Part shown: piece after piece, positions 37,001-51,865 of the stretch | How positions within the stretch are numbered: the first letter of the stretch is position 1 | Layout of the letters: each line of letters opens with the position of its first letter | From: Tubiluchus corallicola | Taxonomy: Eukaryota > Animalia > Priapulida | Direction: 5' to 3' | Assembly (NCBI GenBank): GCA_030141605.1 | Contig: JAQGDQ010000019.1 | Span: 744,001 to 808,000, forward strand | DNA: 64,000 nucleotides | The notes under the pieces: model-generated | Databases searched by the model: none | What the model saw: only the letters and a program-made list of their open reading frames with translations | What the model was told of the DNA's origin: nothing | Translations under genes and position numbers: made by a program

Positions 37001-40000
37001 GTCTGCATTCTTGATTAATATGAAATGCATGTTTTTTAAGGTCCAGATCGACTTCCAGAAGCCGCAAAAGTGAACCCACTAGATCTTTGTTTACCAAACT
37101 TGTAACTTCCACTCCTGCTAAGAAATCTCCCGAGAAATCAGCTTTTGAACCTACATCTACTAAGACGGATTCTGAGGCTACTGCAAGGAGGAGAAGTACG
37201 ACTCCTACTAAGGTCATGACATCTAAAACACAACGGGTATGTAGATGGCATACATGTAGATGATTCTAAATGAAAAATATTAAGTTTAAATAATCTAGTC
37301 CATTGCTAGAATTCTTCATAATCTTCCAAAGTTCTGATGTTTGTATTCTTGAGTTTTTGGTATATTTAGTTATTCATAAATGAAAACAATGGTTTCGAAT
37401 GAAATATTACAGATTCGATTGCCAGTAAAAATGAACTAAGTTCGCTATATCACAGTGAATTTGTCACCCCGTAAATTGTTCATAAGATCCATTCTGAAAC
37501 GACGGAATCTTAGAGCTGCTTCACAAAACATTAAAAACAGAACCACTGACATCATCAGTGGCATGTAAAAGCTGCAGCAGCCTTGTCAGGCTACACATAA
37601 AGAAACAATGGAGTGACTGAACGTTTTAACTATTTTCCTGTCTTGTTCTCTGTCATTTAGGGCAGGCAACCAGATTCGCTTGCTGCAGATTTACCTGCTT
37701 CACGAAAGGCTGAGGTACCTGTGACAATCGAGAGAGAATTTGGGGGTGCTATCGGAGTGTCCCTTATTATGCTTTCCCTTCCTGTCGTTGTTTTGTTTCT
37801 TTATTTTTCCTGCAACAAGGTACGAGTTGTTTCATAAAGTGGAATGTTCAAATTACATAATATCACTGATTAGTGTTTGATTGGTTTTATTTATTAGAAC
37901 ATATTTATTTCTCATGGCCAAAGTTATTAATTAATTTGCCTTTGAAGCTGAACTAGGGATATTTATAATACATTTATAGCAGGTAGGAACTCCATTTTTC
38001 CTTTTGCTTAACTTTAGTTGGTAAATTCAATGGTCCCGTGTTCATTTCGTCATAAGCTAATTGTTTTGAATTGATAGTATTATGAGCAATAATTTCCAAA
38101 TATTTTTGTAAAGAAAAGTGGCTTATGTTAGTATTGTTTATGCTTATTGTCACAAATACCATAATATTTTGAAGTTGTTTATGATTTTTATTAGGCATTT
38201 TATTCAGTTTATTGAATTATTGTAATGTAATCATTTCACTTGCAATTTCACGTACATTTTATCATTTTAATTTTTAACTAAATTTTGTATTATAGCACAA
38301 GTGCACATTTTTTCAAATCCCTGAGTTTCCTCGGATTATTCAAGCTTACTTCAACTGGCGTGCATTTGCTGTTTATTCTGGGTGGCTTTTGTTTCATTTC
38401 ATCTTGGCGGCACTTCCGATTGGTCCACTTATTAAAGGTTTGCCACTGTGCAGTGGTAAACGGCTGCAGTATAGATGCAATGGTGAGCTCTCGTTTTGAT
38501 GTTTTTCCTGTTGTACTTAATGGTAATTGCAAATAGTACAAATGTAAAACCTAGCAAGCTTTTAAAAACAAACATGAACTCAGCATGCACACTTGCAGTA
38601 TTTTAACCATTTTCTGTTATCAGAAATTTTGTGTTTTTAGACATAGGTATCAACTAGGATAGTTGTGCATAAAATAGTAACTTGGTGTATTTTGAACAAG
38701 AGCAGATGGTGATAAACCATTGTTTTTCTGAATTATGGCAGTACAGTTTCTCAGCCCACTCGACTTTAACATTGAGTCCAAATATTAAGACCACCTTTAC
38801 GCTTTGGGGTGTCGTAAGTTTATAAAAATACAGTTGAGTGGACGGAAATGACCTCGTCATTACTTAGTTTCCTAGATTGTTTAATTGTTCTTACTTTGTT
38901 TGTCATAATGAATTTTAAATACGGAATTATCGGTTTTGAATAATAAGTATTTTAACTTTTCATGAATTTGTCAAAGCGCTGTTGTTGATGTTGATGATGT
39001 TTGATTGTGATGTGATCGTGTTTGCTGTATAAACTAGCATTGATTGACGTCAGTATCCCTTGATTTCATTGTGATAGAATGACAGTGTGTATGCCACGTA
39101 ATACATTAATCTATAAAAAAGCATGGCCTAAAGTTTTGGAGGTTGATTAGTTATCCATTTTCATGGCGTCATTTAATAAATAGCCAATAGACTGCACAGA
39201 AGTTTGTTGCTGAAAGCCTGAAAGACACCACTCACACCAGCACTTCTCATCACTCTGCCAGAATTTAATATTAAGTAGCAGATCGCAGTTTAGATTAATA
39301 TTCTTGTATTATCCTCTTGTAAGTCATTTTAGAGCGAAAATTTCTGTGAGAAATTCCCTTCTTTAAAATAATTGTGAAGATTGTTTATTTTCATTTCAGG
39401 ATTTATTGCTTTGTTTGCCTCACTGATTCTGCTGAGTGTTCTTTATTACAAAAAGTATCCCATGAACTTTCTGCATGAGAATTATTTGCAACTGGCTACC
39501 ATCTCTATCGTACATTCATTTGTATTGGCATTGAAGTTGTACGTTAAGTCGCGTAGAGCACGGAATATTGACCTTAACCCTCATGGAAACAGTGGTATGT
39601 TGACAAATTTAATATAGATGCTGGTAATGTGCCATCTTCAGTTCTTGGGAAATGTGTTGGGAAAATTGTGGTTATACAGTAGGCGCTGTTTATTAGACTC
39701 ATGGTTAATAAAATCAGTCACTTAAATGACTGAAAAACGTCTGTTACGGGCCACTCCTATTCAAATGTATGTAAAAACAGTTGGTAATCGACTCAAATAA
39801 CTCCGCATAATTGACTCAATATTTTTCCTTCACGTACTTGAAATAAGACACTTGTGTGTGTCCAAACAGCTTTTATTGTTTTTATGTCATCCTTACGTTG
39901 TTTTTGTGCACTATAATATATGTGGAAACAGTCATGTTAGGTATAGCATTGTTTGTAAGCAGGCACTGTACGTTTATCGTGTGCGCTAATATGTTAGCAT

Positions 40001-43000
40001 AGCAGTTTTACTTTGAATCTGTCACCCACTTGTCCGCTGCAGTTGACCTCGTTATTTCTGGAAGCTGAGCATTTAATCACTTGCCCAGCCTTCACCAACT
40101 GCAGCTCAAGCACTAGGTGCGAATACTTGTAGTATACAGCAACAGATTTTTAACGTTTTTATCATTATAAGAATTTCATAAACCAACTTCTTCTTGAAGC
40201 AGTTTTCTGTGGTAATTATCAGATTTGTGCGATTTTTATTTTCTTTTTATTAATTCACTTATATAAATTTGTATTCTTAAATAATAGAACATAGAAATTT
40301 TGACATTAGTTAATTTCTAAAATTCATTTATAACCTTTGCAGTGCGTACTAAGGTGATGAGTCATGACTCATACTTCTATAGTAACATTAGGCTACACCC
40401 GCCAGCTATTGAGTCAGTCGGTTAATTGGGTCAAAACACTTCCATCCCAAAGTGAGTCTATTAAGCGTCACCTACTGTGTTTACAGGTATAAGACTGCAA
40501 TTGCATTTTGCTAAAGTTTGTAAGAAATGATCTGCTATATGTACAGTTGGCTTTAATTATTTCAGTGTGATACGCAGCTTGTACTGAAAGAATAAATTTG
40601 CACTTCTTCAACCAAAAAACAATTCATTGCAAACATTTATAATGAGCTAGTTGTTTTGCTCGGTTAGTAGTCAAAATTTGTTAGCCATTTAGCTGATTAT
40701 AGCAATTACCATGCTTTCTGTTACTGCAGATTGCAAAGCAAGTAAACAATACTCCTCAAACTTCATTCTCACTATGAAACTTTTTTAATGGCTGCAGCGA
40801 TGGTTGCTTCTTCGAAGGTTACTTTGATTACAATTCAGTAATTAAAAGATTTTTTACAAGCTTACAAAGGTTACTGAAGTAGAATTTTACAGTTACATTT
40901 TTTATCCCAAGGGCGATTACAAACGTGCACCAGAGATCTTGTAATTTGGCCTATTGTGTAGTAGTATCCTTCACCTCTGGCAGTATGCATCATTTATTTT
41001 ATACCAAGTTCTACATATTAGCTATTTACAATGATAAATGATACATCTATAGCACAAAAGTAATTAGTACTATATAACTAGCAATATAATTGACGTCTAA
41101 CTTAATGTCAATAATTTTGGGACATTTAGCTACAGCTCCGTCTAACACTGTTATGAAAAATGTTCAACTTTTCATTACTTAGCGGGAGAAATATTCACCT
41201 GATTCTAGATTTTATTATTGTCAATTGAAATTGCAAGTGAATTAGTGGAAATACATAGTCTAGTTTCGTTTGTGGGAAGAAATGCACAATGCTTACATCT
41301 ATGAGTTGCTGATTAAACCATTTTGCATTCAAGAAAATACACAGTTTAGTTTAGTTTATGGCTTTGCAAGTTAGATAGAAACAACTATTTGATTAACTTT
41401 AAATAAGGACAAAACAAAACGTTTTCTTTTCTGGCCAGCTTTTCTGGCCAGTTACACCACAATGACAGCTTCACAGTCAAAATCAATTCAAATATTATAT
41501 TATATATCAATGTAATATTAGCTAATTTTACGCTATTTTTCTGGTTATAATCACGGTTAAAAGATACCATTGGGACTTATGTGACTCGGGCATTCAATAT
41601 AAGGACCGTCTATTGAATGGAACAGTCAAATTTATTTCCATTTTCGTAGCCTAACAAACGGAAAAATACAAAACCTTGCAGACGAGCACAATCAATTAAT
41701 ATAGAAAAATACATCACACGCTTGTGTTCGTATGTTTAAAAGGCAAGAGTGACTTAATATTTTTGTTGCTCATTTATTGTAAAGCAAGGCAGACTGGCTT
41801 AATTTCTTTATTATATATATGTCCCTGTATTTTGTAGTGCTTTGGAACTTCATCTCTACATTCTGTTTAAATTTTAAAGTCATTTTTTGCATACTTGAAG
41901 TGTTAATTTCGTGCTAAAATAGCTGCTGCTCTGTAAACTTGTGTTTATGAAAAAAAGCAATCAGTTTATCTGCTAATTAGACATTAGTTGCGACTGTCAC
42001 GTTGCTTAGTTTAGTTTAGTTTAGCTTAGACAGTTGTTGTCTTGCGTGAGCCGTTGTTCAAAATGCTGCTGAGCGTGCTCACAGCAATAAACCAATATGT
42101 TTGACGTCAATTTTTAATAAGTTAATAACACGGAAGCATGTAATTTAGTTCATCATTAAAAAACAGATATATTCCTGCTGTCGTGTCCACAAACTAACAA
42201 ATCAGTTCATTAACGCATCCGATCATTATTTGTAGTAATGACGTACAGGAGTGTTTACTTAAAACTGACAAAGCTGTTAGAGCCTGACTGAATTGGTTCT
42301 TTTTAACAAGCGCTTTGAAAACATGTTAATTGGCTGGGTCATTGCAATTATGCACAATGTCATACATGAATTAGAATTTGAGGGAATGTTGAGTAGACGC
42401 CGAAATAATTTATGATGTTCAACAGCAATAGGTTCAGCATTACAGTTTGATAACTTAAGGCCAACACTACCCTAGAAGGAGCAGCAATATGCTTGGAATA
42501 GTTTCAGTAATATACATTTGTTAACAATATTGGTAAAATAACAAAGCAAACAGCTAACAGATTTAACTTACAATGTAGAGTTTCACTATACTCAAGACAG
42601 CATGTTATGTTATGCCAAGATTATTTCAAATAAATGCCTTTTATTTGGACTTGAGGTATTTTGTAATCATGTTGTTGTCTGGAAAAGATGCATTTTGACT
42701 GTTCCATATTTGAAGATCGTATCATGTTTTCAGCAAACCTAAGGCAAATATTTAGCATTTCTTTTAGGCTGTGTAAAGTTGTTGTGAGCAGAGTAACATC
42801 TTCAGTCTAACTGAGTCTACCAACATATGCATTTAGAAAATAGCTTTAGATTGATTTAGTGTTCTTGCTCATAAAGGGATTCTTAATTTTTGGAGTTCTA
42901 GTGCTACTACAACTGCAAAAAATAGCTGCTCTTTATCGGCACATTTTCGAGAAGAGTTAACTGGACAGCATTTCAAAACCTTGTATGATATGATCGCTTT

Positions 43001-46000
43001 CGAGACCTAAGAATCTGTCTCACTTACCACTTTCTGGCTTAGATTTTGCTTTCTTTATATCATTTACAGTTGCATCAAATGTGCCATCACTAGCGCTGTG
43101 CCTTAGTGTTTCATGTAGATCACGGATTTGTTCTTTTTCTGTACCTACGCTATTAAAGAGAGGTTTGAACGTGGTAGCAAAATCATTAGCTATATTTTAA
43201 GTTTTTCTTGTAACTACTACAATTTTTATGTGATTGCAGGCAACTTACTGTATGATTTCTTCATGGGCCATGAGTTGAACCCAAGAGCATTGAATGTGGA
43301 TCTTAAGTTCTTTTTTGAACTTCGACCAGGACTCATTGGCTGGGTATGCATCATAAATTTTATCTTGTTTTTTAGCAGCTTAATGACTATTGTTAAAAGC
43401 AGCCTTTTATGTACAAATCAGTGCCGGTGTTGTTACTTTATTGTTACACCAGCATAACAGGTTCTAATGTACAAGCTAAAATTGTTATGTTTTTAAAAAT
43501 ATTTACTTAACTTATGTTGCTAACAGATGCATTATGAGATTCGATACTCTAGGCTTATCATAATTAGTAAAGTGTGTAGCTTTACTAATTATGAATGAAA
43601 ACCACAATAAATTTAATAATGTTTTTGTAATATAGTCTTAAGCTGACATAAACAGTAATTTTAATGTTAATTTTATTAGATTAGTTATTTCAACTGACAG
43701 GTGGTAGTTGATTAGCACTATAAAATTTTTCACTATATACGTATAAGATACACACCCACGTTGCAGGGAGACCATTAGGTTTAAGACCATTTTTACTTAT
43801 TGTAATAAAAGAGTTTTTACTAATACATATTTGTGACAATATCTAATTAGGCCTATTTGTTTCCAATTTGTTGTCATTCCACACTGTGGCAGTACAGAGT
43901 CCCAACTCACTTAAATGCTTTGAGAGGCTCGCTTTTACTGTTACTCAAATTCAGAATTTCTGCTTTTTGATCAATACAATACGCAAAGCGTTTGGTTTTC
44001 TATTTGCTGTTTTTAGCATAAATAACGACCAATCTGTGCACTTTTCAGATGGCTTTGCCGTAATTAGTTTCTTATAAGTCTGAGCTGCATTACAGACTGT
44101 AGCTGTGACTTATAGCTGCTGGAGTATCAAGTTATAAGCAGGGGCCAGCGCTATTTATTTAGTATTTGCACCACAGAAGCAGCTGCATCAAACATAATTA
44201 AAAAGTTAAACGTGTTATCTGTTTCGAACTTCATGTGTCTATTGTCTATTGCCGTTAGTAAATTTGCTATTATAAAAGTAGTAAAAAAGTTGTCAACTTA
44301 TTAGGCTGTAAAAGATGCAGGTTTTTAGTGTATCTTTTGCTGGAAAAAATGTTTCTAATAAGACAAAAATACAGTATTTTTCTACATGCCCTTTGCAACT
44401 GCAGGTGGTGCTATAGTTGCCTGTTTAGGTTTACATAGTGTGTTATACTGCAATGTTTTTCAAAAGGAATATTCTAAAACAGTGGTTCTTATTTTGAATA
44501 TTTAATATTTAGGTTATGATTAACCTGTGTTACTGCATTGTGGAGTATCAGAAATATGGTTTGCCATCATCACGTCTGCTGCTGGTAACGTTGTTTCAGG
44601 CTGTCTATGTTTTTGATGCAATTCTCTTTGAGGTCAGTTTTGTCTTTTATTTTAGTTTAATATTCTTATTCACGTTTTTGCTTATAGGTACATGTTTGGT
44701 GTCAAGTTATTCAAAAAATTTAAATAGTCTTAATTTCGTAATTCAGGTAGCTATTGAAAGTAGCGTTTGATGTGATACTTAGTTACTCTTTCTCTAAATT
44801 AGGCTACTGGCCTCACAGTATACACGCGGCCTTACACACTAAATGCCATGCATAAAATCCCTTGAAAAAAGTATGTGGCACTAAGTCCACAATGCAAAAA
44901 GTACACTTGTTCATGCAATAATTGAATTACTTTGTTTTTGTGCTGTTTTAATTTTAATTTAAATGTAATATTATATCATCCAGTCAGTTAGTAAGTCCTT
45001 ATGCGTGTATTTAACTAGCTCATCTTTTTTGCTGCTGTGCACTGTCAAATTAAAGCACAGAAAACACTATACTTACGTAAAGCTAAAAATGCTTTTTTTA
45101 CGTGTTGCCTACATAGTGCCTTATTGTGCAAAGAACTTGTATAAGCAGCCAAAAATGTTGTATAAAACTTGAAAATGTAAACTCCCATCATGACCATTAA
45201 GCACATCCATTTTAGCAGCAAATCATTTGAAACTATATTAATTAACATTGTTTAAAGTTTAAAAAAATTATCAGCATTCGTTGTGCACACTTCACTAGTA
45301 GAACAAAAACAAATTACTTTTTTGTCAATAACAACAGTATATTTTTTGGTGAACCCGTGACGTTTTTTGGTGCTCACTTGAATAGTGAAATAGTGACATA
45401 TCACCCAGTGGTGTAGCTATCAGGGGAGCAACCACTCCCCCAGACCACATTAAATTTCAAAATTGGCACCTTTTCAACAATCTTTTTTTAACTCTTTAGT
45501 TCACTAAAAATCGAATCTTCTTTAATTTATTTTTTTAAATTTCATGGCTTTGGAAGAATTTTCTGGGGTCATTACTTTATTTGACCAACCTGCCTCAAAT
45601 CTAATTATTATTTATATATTCTTGTCACATGCTGACACATGACTTATTTGTCATGGCACCTTTTTTATGTGCTATCTTCCCCTAATTTTAGAACCTGGTT
45701 ATGCCACTGGTATTACCTGCTGGCATGAAACATAAATTATTAAGAATTTTCTTCTTCAGTTATATGTAACTTTACTTGTTACACTTTCAAACAGGTAAGC
45801 ATAATGCAAAGTTATGTGACCTTGTATGGAATGTTTTTTTGAGACATACTTTAAAATTCTGCTTTCTTTCCTTTTAGATGTATTTTCTGATTTTAATTTT
45901 AGCCTTCCATTCTTACAACATTTGACATCACACAAGAAGGGTTTGGTTGGATGTTAGCATTTGGAGATCTTGCCTGGGTTCCATTTACTTATACCTTACA

Positions 46001-49000
46001 AGCTCGCTATCTGGCAGAACACCGAAACTTGACTCCACTGCCTTTAATTTCTATATCTTCCATTATCTTACTTCACAGTAAGTATTAAACATTGTAGAAT
46101 TCATATGTATGTGACAGTGTTAGATTGTGATGTTCTACCACTAACACGTTATTTTTCTTCAGTAACCGTAACATATAACTAGGTCAGTCGACCCTTGGCA
46201 TATTCAGGGTGCAAATTTAGCAATTTTTTCTGCTTGAAATGAGGATAGGCAGCTAAAAAATCTGCTTGTCCTTACAAAAAATTGCATGTTCCTATTTTTT
46301 TAATACATAGAAAATCCTGTACAAAGTTTAATTTTGTACGGCAATTTGACAATATTACTTAATTTTTATAATGAAAGCATATGTTTCTTTATACAGTCTG
46401 CCTAATCTGCGCTTTAATCTGAGGAGGTTCCTCATTCAGATCACATTCATATAAACACCCAAGCGACACTGTTATTTTGCGGCTGTTATGCTGGCAGGAC
46501 ACACATATGATCTAGATGCCGTATAACGTGCGTGACAAGTAATTGATTTCAAGCATATTGGTCTATCGCTTCGCCTCCGCTATGATGTAAGCACACTCAG
46601 CGGCATTCAGGACAGCAGTTCAGCCTAGATAACAACTGTCTTTAGTAAACAACATGTCAAATAATGTCTAATCATCAGATAAACTGATTGTGCTTTTTGA
46701 TACACACAAATTTGCAAAGCAGCAGTTATTTTTATGCGAAATTTACACTTCAAGTAGCCAAAAAATGACTTTTCAATTTAACAGAATGTAGAAACAAAGT
46801 TTCAAACACTACAAAATGCAGAGACATAAGTTATATTATAAAGAAACTAAGCCAGTTAGTGTTACTTTAAGATAAATGAGCAACAAAAATATTAAGTCCC
46901 TCTTGTCTTTGAACATACGAACATATCATGCCTGCGATGTATTTTTTCTATTTTTAACTGATCATGTGCTCGTCTGCAAGATTTATCCAGTTTTTGTATT
47001 TTTCCATTTGTTAGTCTACGAAAATGGAATAAATTAGATCGTTCCATTCCGTAGATGACCCTTATATCGATTGCCCAAGTTACATAAGTCCCAGTGGCAT
47101 CTTTTAGCCATAATTATAACCAGAAAATGGCGTTAACTAATATTACATCGATATATAATGTAATTTTTGACCGCATTTGAATTAATTTGGATCATGATGA
47201 TCTCACTGAGGTTTATAAAACTGGCCAGAAAAGAAAATATTTTGGCTAAAAGCACAGGCTGCGATTTTTACGTGCAGGTTAACCTTGAATCATTTATATC
47301 TGCTAGCTCGAGCTTCAATGAGCTGAAGTTATAAATTTCTCAACTCAGTTCAGATAGCCCATTTGACGTTTGCGAACATTAAAGTAGCGTCATATGATAG
47401 GCCTAACTTCATTAGGTTAATTTGTCATTTTCTAAAGTTAATGAAATGGTTGTTTTTATCTAACTTGCAAAGTCATAAACTAAACTAAGCTGCATATTTT
47501 ATTGATAGCAAAATGTTTTAATCAGCAGTTCACAGACGTAAGCATCTTGCATTTCTTCCTATAATAAACAATACAAAACTATATATTTCCACTAATTCAC
47601 TTGCAATTTTGTTTGACAATAATAAAATGCAGAAGCCGACCAATGTTTTTCTTGCTAACCAATGAAAAGTTGATCATTTTTGTAACAGTATTAGACACAG
47701 CTGTAGCTAAATATCCCGAAAGCACCGGCGTTAAGTAAGCTCTGCGGGAGTGTGAAAAATCTTGCATGCTGATTCGGCAGTCAACGAGAATGATTGACGT
47801 TACGCTTGATGTCAATTGCATCCGTGGAATTATAAGAACTGAATGCAACAGAGCTTTTAACAAACAAAAAATAACCTCCTTGTTGAAGTTTCAATGAGAA
47901 ATATTGAAATTTTAATCGCATACATTTTAGTAAAATATATTTGTACGTTATCTGTTTTCCTTCATATTTTTGCCTTTTTAAAACAGAACATCGTTTGGTG
48001 CATGAGTAAGCGGTGTAATTCTAACATGCTCCATTGAGAATGTCATTGATACGACAGCATCCTGTGATAATACGCTAGTGAAATTTTGTGATTTAGTATT
48101 TAGTTGCTTCTCTTATATACCAGACTAATTTAAACAATGCTGTAAACATTGCAGTTGCATAATAATTGCATCACTAACTACATGCATCAACTCAGAAAAG
48201 ATACCAAAGTTTCATTAAGTTGGAGATGTAGTAAACATGGCAAGATCAGTTCTTGGACCTCTGCCTGTCCTCAGACAGATTTACTGGAATTTCTGGGAAG
48301 ACTGGCGTTAAATTTGTGCCTTATAAATTTTTGTCGAATCCGTGCAGCCATTTGGCTGTGATAATATTCATTTTAGCAAAATTTCATTCAAAAAATCATC
48401 CTAAAGAGTTGTATGCCATTTTGCCCTTCATTTTGGATCCAAAATGGCAGTGACCCTTCTATGTCTGTCCCAGTGGCCTTAGTATCATTCATGCAAAATT
48501 TCATTTAAAGCCATGCAGTTCATTTCCCCATCCATAAAGACCAAACAGACAAACTCAGTTCACATAATAGCATTTTAGCCACCATATTTGATCCAAGGTA
48601 GCATTGCCTAATTGAATTCCCCATGTCTATCCCAGTGGCCTCGTGTAGAAGTCACCACTTAATAAAAACACCATGGTTCCATGGTACCAGCAAAAAGTGA
48701 TTTTAGTGAACACTGCTTTTTTAGTGTGTTGGTTGCTTAAGGAACATCTTCAGACTATATTTCACTTTCCTAAAGTCAGTGAAATATTCATGCATCTCTT
48801 TTTTTGTCCAGACAAACTTGAACCATTCCCTAGTGTGCTGTGTACAAAATGTAGGCAGCTGATCTTGTCTCATATCTGTTCATCATATCTTAGCTACCAA
48901 CAAGTCAGCAAACTGTTAACAGAAACGATACTTACAGTCTCTGTCTGTATAATCAGTGTCAAGATCAAAACCACAAGGGAACCTTGGTGCAGAGTTCCTA

Positions 49001-51865
49001 TTGCATAACCAGATTAGTATTTGTACCGCTAAGGTTCTACAAGACTCAAAAATATTTGCAAAATACACAAACTAAATTTATCATTGTCATTGTCCTGGTT
49101 GTTATTGCTGTCAGTAACAACTATTAACTGTCAATTATTACTTATTATTCAAACTATTGTTTGTTACTTATTGCAATTTTTCTGAAATGAAAGCTATAGT
49201 TATACATTGTGTGATAAGAAGCTGGCAAATAACAAATTAATTATAATAAAGGCTTTTCTCTTTGTATTTCAGCGATTGGTTTTTGGATTTTCCGGCAGTC
49301 AAACTCACAGAAAAACACTTTTCGAAATAATCCTTATGATCCATCTATAGCTCGTAAGCCTAGTTGTTTTTTATGTTATTACAATATTACCACAGTTTTT
49401 AATTTTAGCCACTGGCCTTAATAAAAATTTTTGCTAATGCAAACTGCGACCTGCCTGAAACCAGTGGGTGTAATTATATGTATGTTATTTATCCTTCACA
49501 AAATTACGATACTGCTATAAAATATACACTTAATTATCAAAAATAGAAATAACCATAAACTGAAACTGTGTTTCCAAGATTGCTGAGATGCACTTATTGT
49601 GGTATGCACCATAAAACATGAATATGTTGCGTACAAACAGATCAGCAGATGTTGAATTTCATTACTGCTGTATTGTTTGCAGAACTTTAGGCTCTCACTT
49701 AAGTTTCCACAGTCATATTCAATGCTATATTGCTAATATTTGCTATTGCAAATAATTGCTAATATTTCATGAAACATTAAATCACCAAATTGTGTTAACA
49801 TGCCAGATACAAGATACTGTTTTGTTATAGTTTGAATTATTGTTTAGATTTGGAGAGCATGGCAACAAATACTGGCAAGCGAATACTGATAGGTGGTTGG
49901 TGGGGATTTGTTCGGCATCCAAATTACCTTGGTGATATTATCATGGCCATATGCTGGTCATTGCCTTGTGGTGAGTTTGCCTAATATTTAGTCAGATTCT
50001 TTCGACATTGGTAACTTTAAGCCATAATTAGAAGCTAAAGAAGTTGAAAAAACAAACTATTTACATATAATGTAGGGTTTATGGAAACAATGTACACAAA
50101 TTGGTTATGCCAGCAATGACTATTGGGTCTCATTTGACATACTAGTAGTGAGCCCAGTTAATAGATTATAGTCGATTTGGGCTTTTATTTCCGAACATCG
50201 ATTATAGTTTCAGCTGCAGATGCAAATCCACCAATTGATTGTCAATTCCATTTGCGCTCGTTTTTCAGAATAACCACGAAAGTCGCACAATAAATACAAC
50301 CATCCTTGTGGCGATAACAAGCAATATGGCACTGCCTGTCTAAAGACTGCAAGACTGTCGTTTTATATAACGAGAAATCCATTTCCTTATGTATAGTCTT
50401 ACTCCACCTGATTGCCAGTGCCTATAGCCTGTTGCTATAGCAACCACTGCCTAGACAAAATTGTCCCAAGTAAAGTTTTACTTGCCTTTACCACTTCACC
50501 AGCCAGCAGCCAGGCATAAATGTGCATCATTTGCACTAAAACAGTGGATAAATAACAGCGTGTACTGAGATATAGCTTGAAAGAGAGGTGCGGCTAGGTG
50601 TAGGTAAAAATGATAAGTGGTTTCAAGGCAAATAGAAAAAAATTAAAGAATACACATAAAACCCATAATACGTTTAACTTATATGTACTAAGCATTATTG
50701 ATTTTTGCCCTCAGAGAATATCTCAATGTTTTTACATTATTTCCTGTTTAAAATCTGATTTCGTTTAATGATGTAGCGCTTAACATGTTGGGTTTATTCT
50801 ACAGTTATCACTTAAACTTAGAAAAATATAACAAAAAATTTGCACAAAAGCTGTCTATAATGCATATAACTAATTACACTACCGCTGTATAGAAATTTTT
50901 AGACGCAGTGGTAGCCACTATTCACTTGAAAATTGTGACGTGACTAGTGGACTTCATGACTTTTCGTAAGCATGTGGTCCTCATACTAATTCAAGCTTCT
51001 GGACCTTACCTAATGTTCGTGCAAAAAAATCAAGATATTACTTACCTAATTTTTTGCAAAACTTGTTATTCTTTTGATGGAACTTAACAGTGCACTTGAT
51101 GGAAGAATGGGGTTTAAAATGGTACTGCCCAAGCAAGTGATTTTACTAATTAAACGAAGCGTTTATCACATTTTTATTATTAATTCTGTCTAACATTTTT
51201 CACGAACATCGAAATGAGCCTAGGTTCCCAGAAAGTTTGGCCTTTCCTTTAGCAACACATTACGTCCTTAAGCAAGGACTCACTGCAGATAAAGCAGCAA
51301 TGGTTAAGATAACAAACCTGTTATGCTCAGAGTGTTATTTGTTAAAAATTTTGAAATTCTAATTTTCTATACTTGAAAACGAAGTGCATTTGATTATGAA
51401 AAAGAAACCAATGTCCTACCACTTCTTATCACTGTTTTAGTGCTACTTGTAATCTGTTAAACAAATTATCTTCTGTTTTTGTGCTTTTTCTCCTGCTCTC
51501 CAGGATGTGCAGCTAATCTCATTGGTTTAATAGTGGTTTAGAGTAAACAAAACTGTTTAATGGAATTGCTCTATTGGAGTTTGTCATGTGTTGCTTCATT
51601 ACCCAAGTATGACAGATATTTGTATAAAAAAAATTTATCATGAGTAGGAGTACCAATCATGTATGTACTGTATCTCTATTAACATCATTTCTGTTTTTCG
51701 ATAGGATTTCGCCACTTTCCTCCTTATTTTTACCCGGTGTATTTTGTCATTCTCCTTGTGCACCGTGCAATACGAGATGACCATGCTTGCCAGCAAAAAT
51801 ATGGAGCTGCCTGGAAGCGATACTGTCAGCGAGTGAGATATCGCATTGTGCCGTATATATTTTAA
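34058..51865 (+). CDS. LBR: Lamin B receptor / delta(14)-sterol reductase (596 aa)
   Basis: 12 phase-compatible exons: 34058-34216, 36138-36268, 37041-37236, 37661-37819, 38296-38482, 39400-39594, 43240-43343, 44513-44632, 45903-46077, 49273-49353, 49848-49970, 51705-51865 (1791 nt). Tudor-like N-terminus, RS region ([20 protein letters not shown]), and ERG4/ERG24 motifs [84 protein letters not shown]. Probable 5'UTR exon ending at 30257. Confidence 0.95.
35720..35962 (+). repeat. Dispersed repeat fragment with a second copy at ~53300-53480
   Basis: Shared TGAAGTATTGTTCAATATGCAGGCT ... TCTGTGCA ... CATTTAAATC.ATG. Confidence 0.6.
39677..40477. mobile_element. Tc1/mariner (pogo-type) MITE
   Basis: Imperfect TIRs CAGTAGGCGCTGTTTATTAGACTCA / TGAGTCTATTAAGCGTCACCTACTG; TA on the left, TG on the right. 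Confidence 0.65.
41115..42090 (+). repeat. Dispersed repeat, arm 1 of inverted pair in LBR introns
   Basis: Colinear reverse-complement similarity to 46580-47722 throughout, e.g. GACTTAATATTTTTGTTGCTCATTTAT, TTCCATTTTCGTAG, CTTGCAGACGAGCACA, TTGCAAGTGAATTAGTGGAAATA. Confidence 0.9.
45406..45709. mobile_element. hAT-like MITE (copy 1)
   Basis: CAGTGGTGTAGCTA ... TGGTTATGCCACTG termini; flanking 8-mers ATATCACC / GTATTACC (6/8 identical) resemble a decayed 8-bp TSD. Confidence 0.7.
46580..47722 (-). repeat. Dispersed repeat, arm 2 of inverted pair (with ~180 bp extra at ~47250-47430)
   Basis: Reverse complement of 41115-42090, e.g. ATAAATGAGCAACAAAAATATTAAGTC, TGTGCTCGTCTGCAAG, TATTTCCACTAATTCACTTGCAA. 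Confidence 0.9.
48200..48645 (+). repeat. Element with internal ~160 bp tandem units (Helentron/pearl-like, tentative)
   Basis: Repeated ATGTCTRTCCCAGTGGCCT (~48460, ~48623), GCAAAATTTCATT, TTTGGATCCAA, ACAGACA. Confidence 0.4.
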
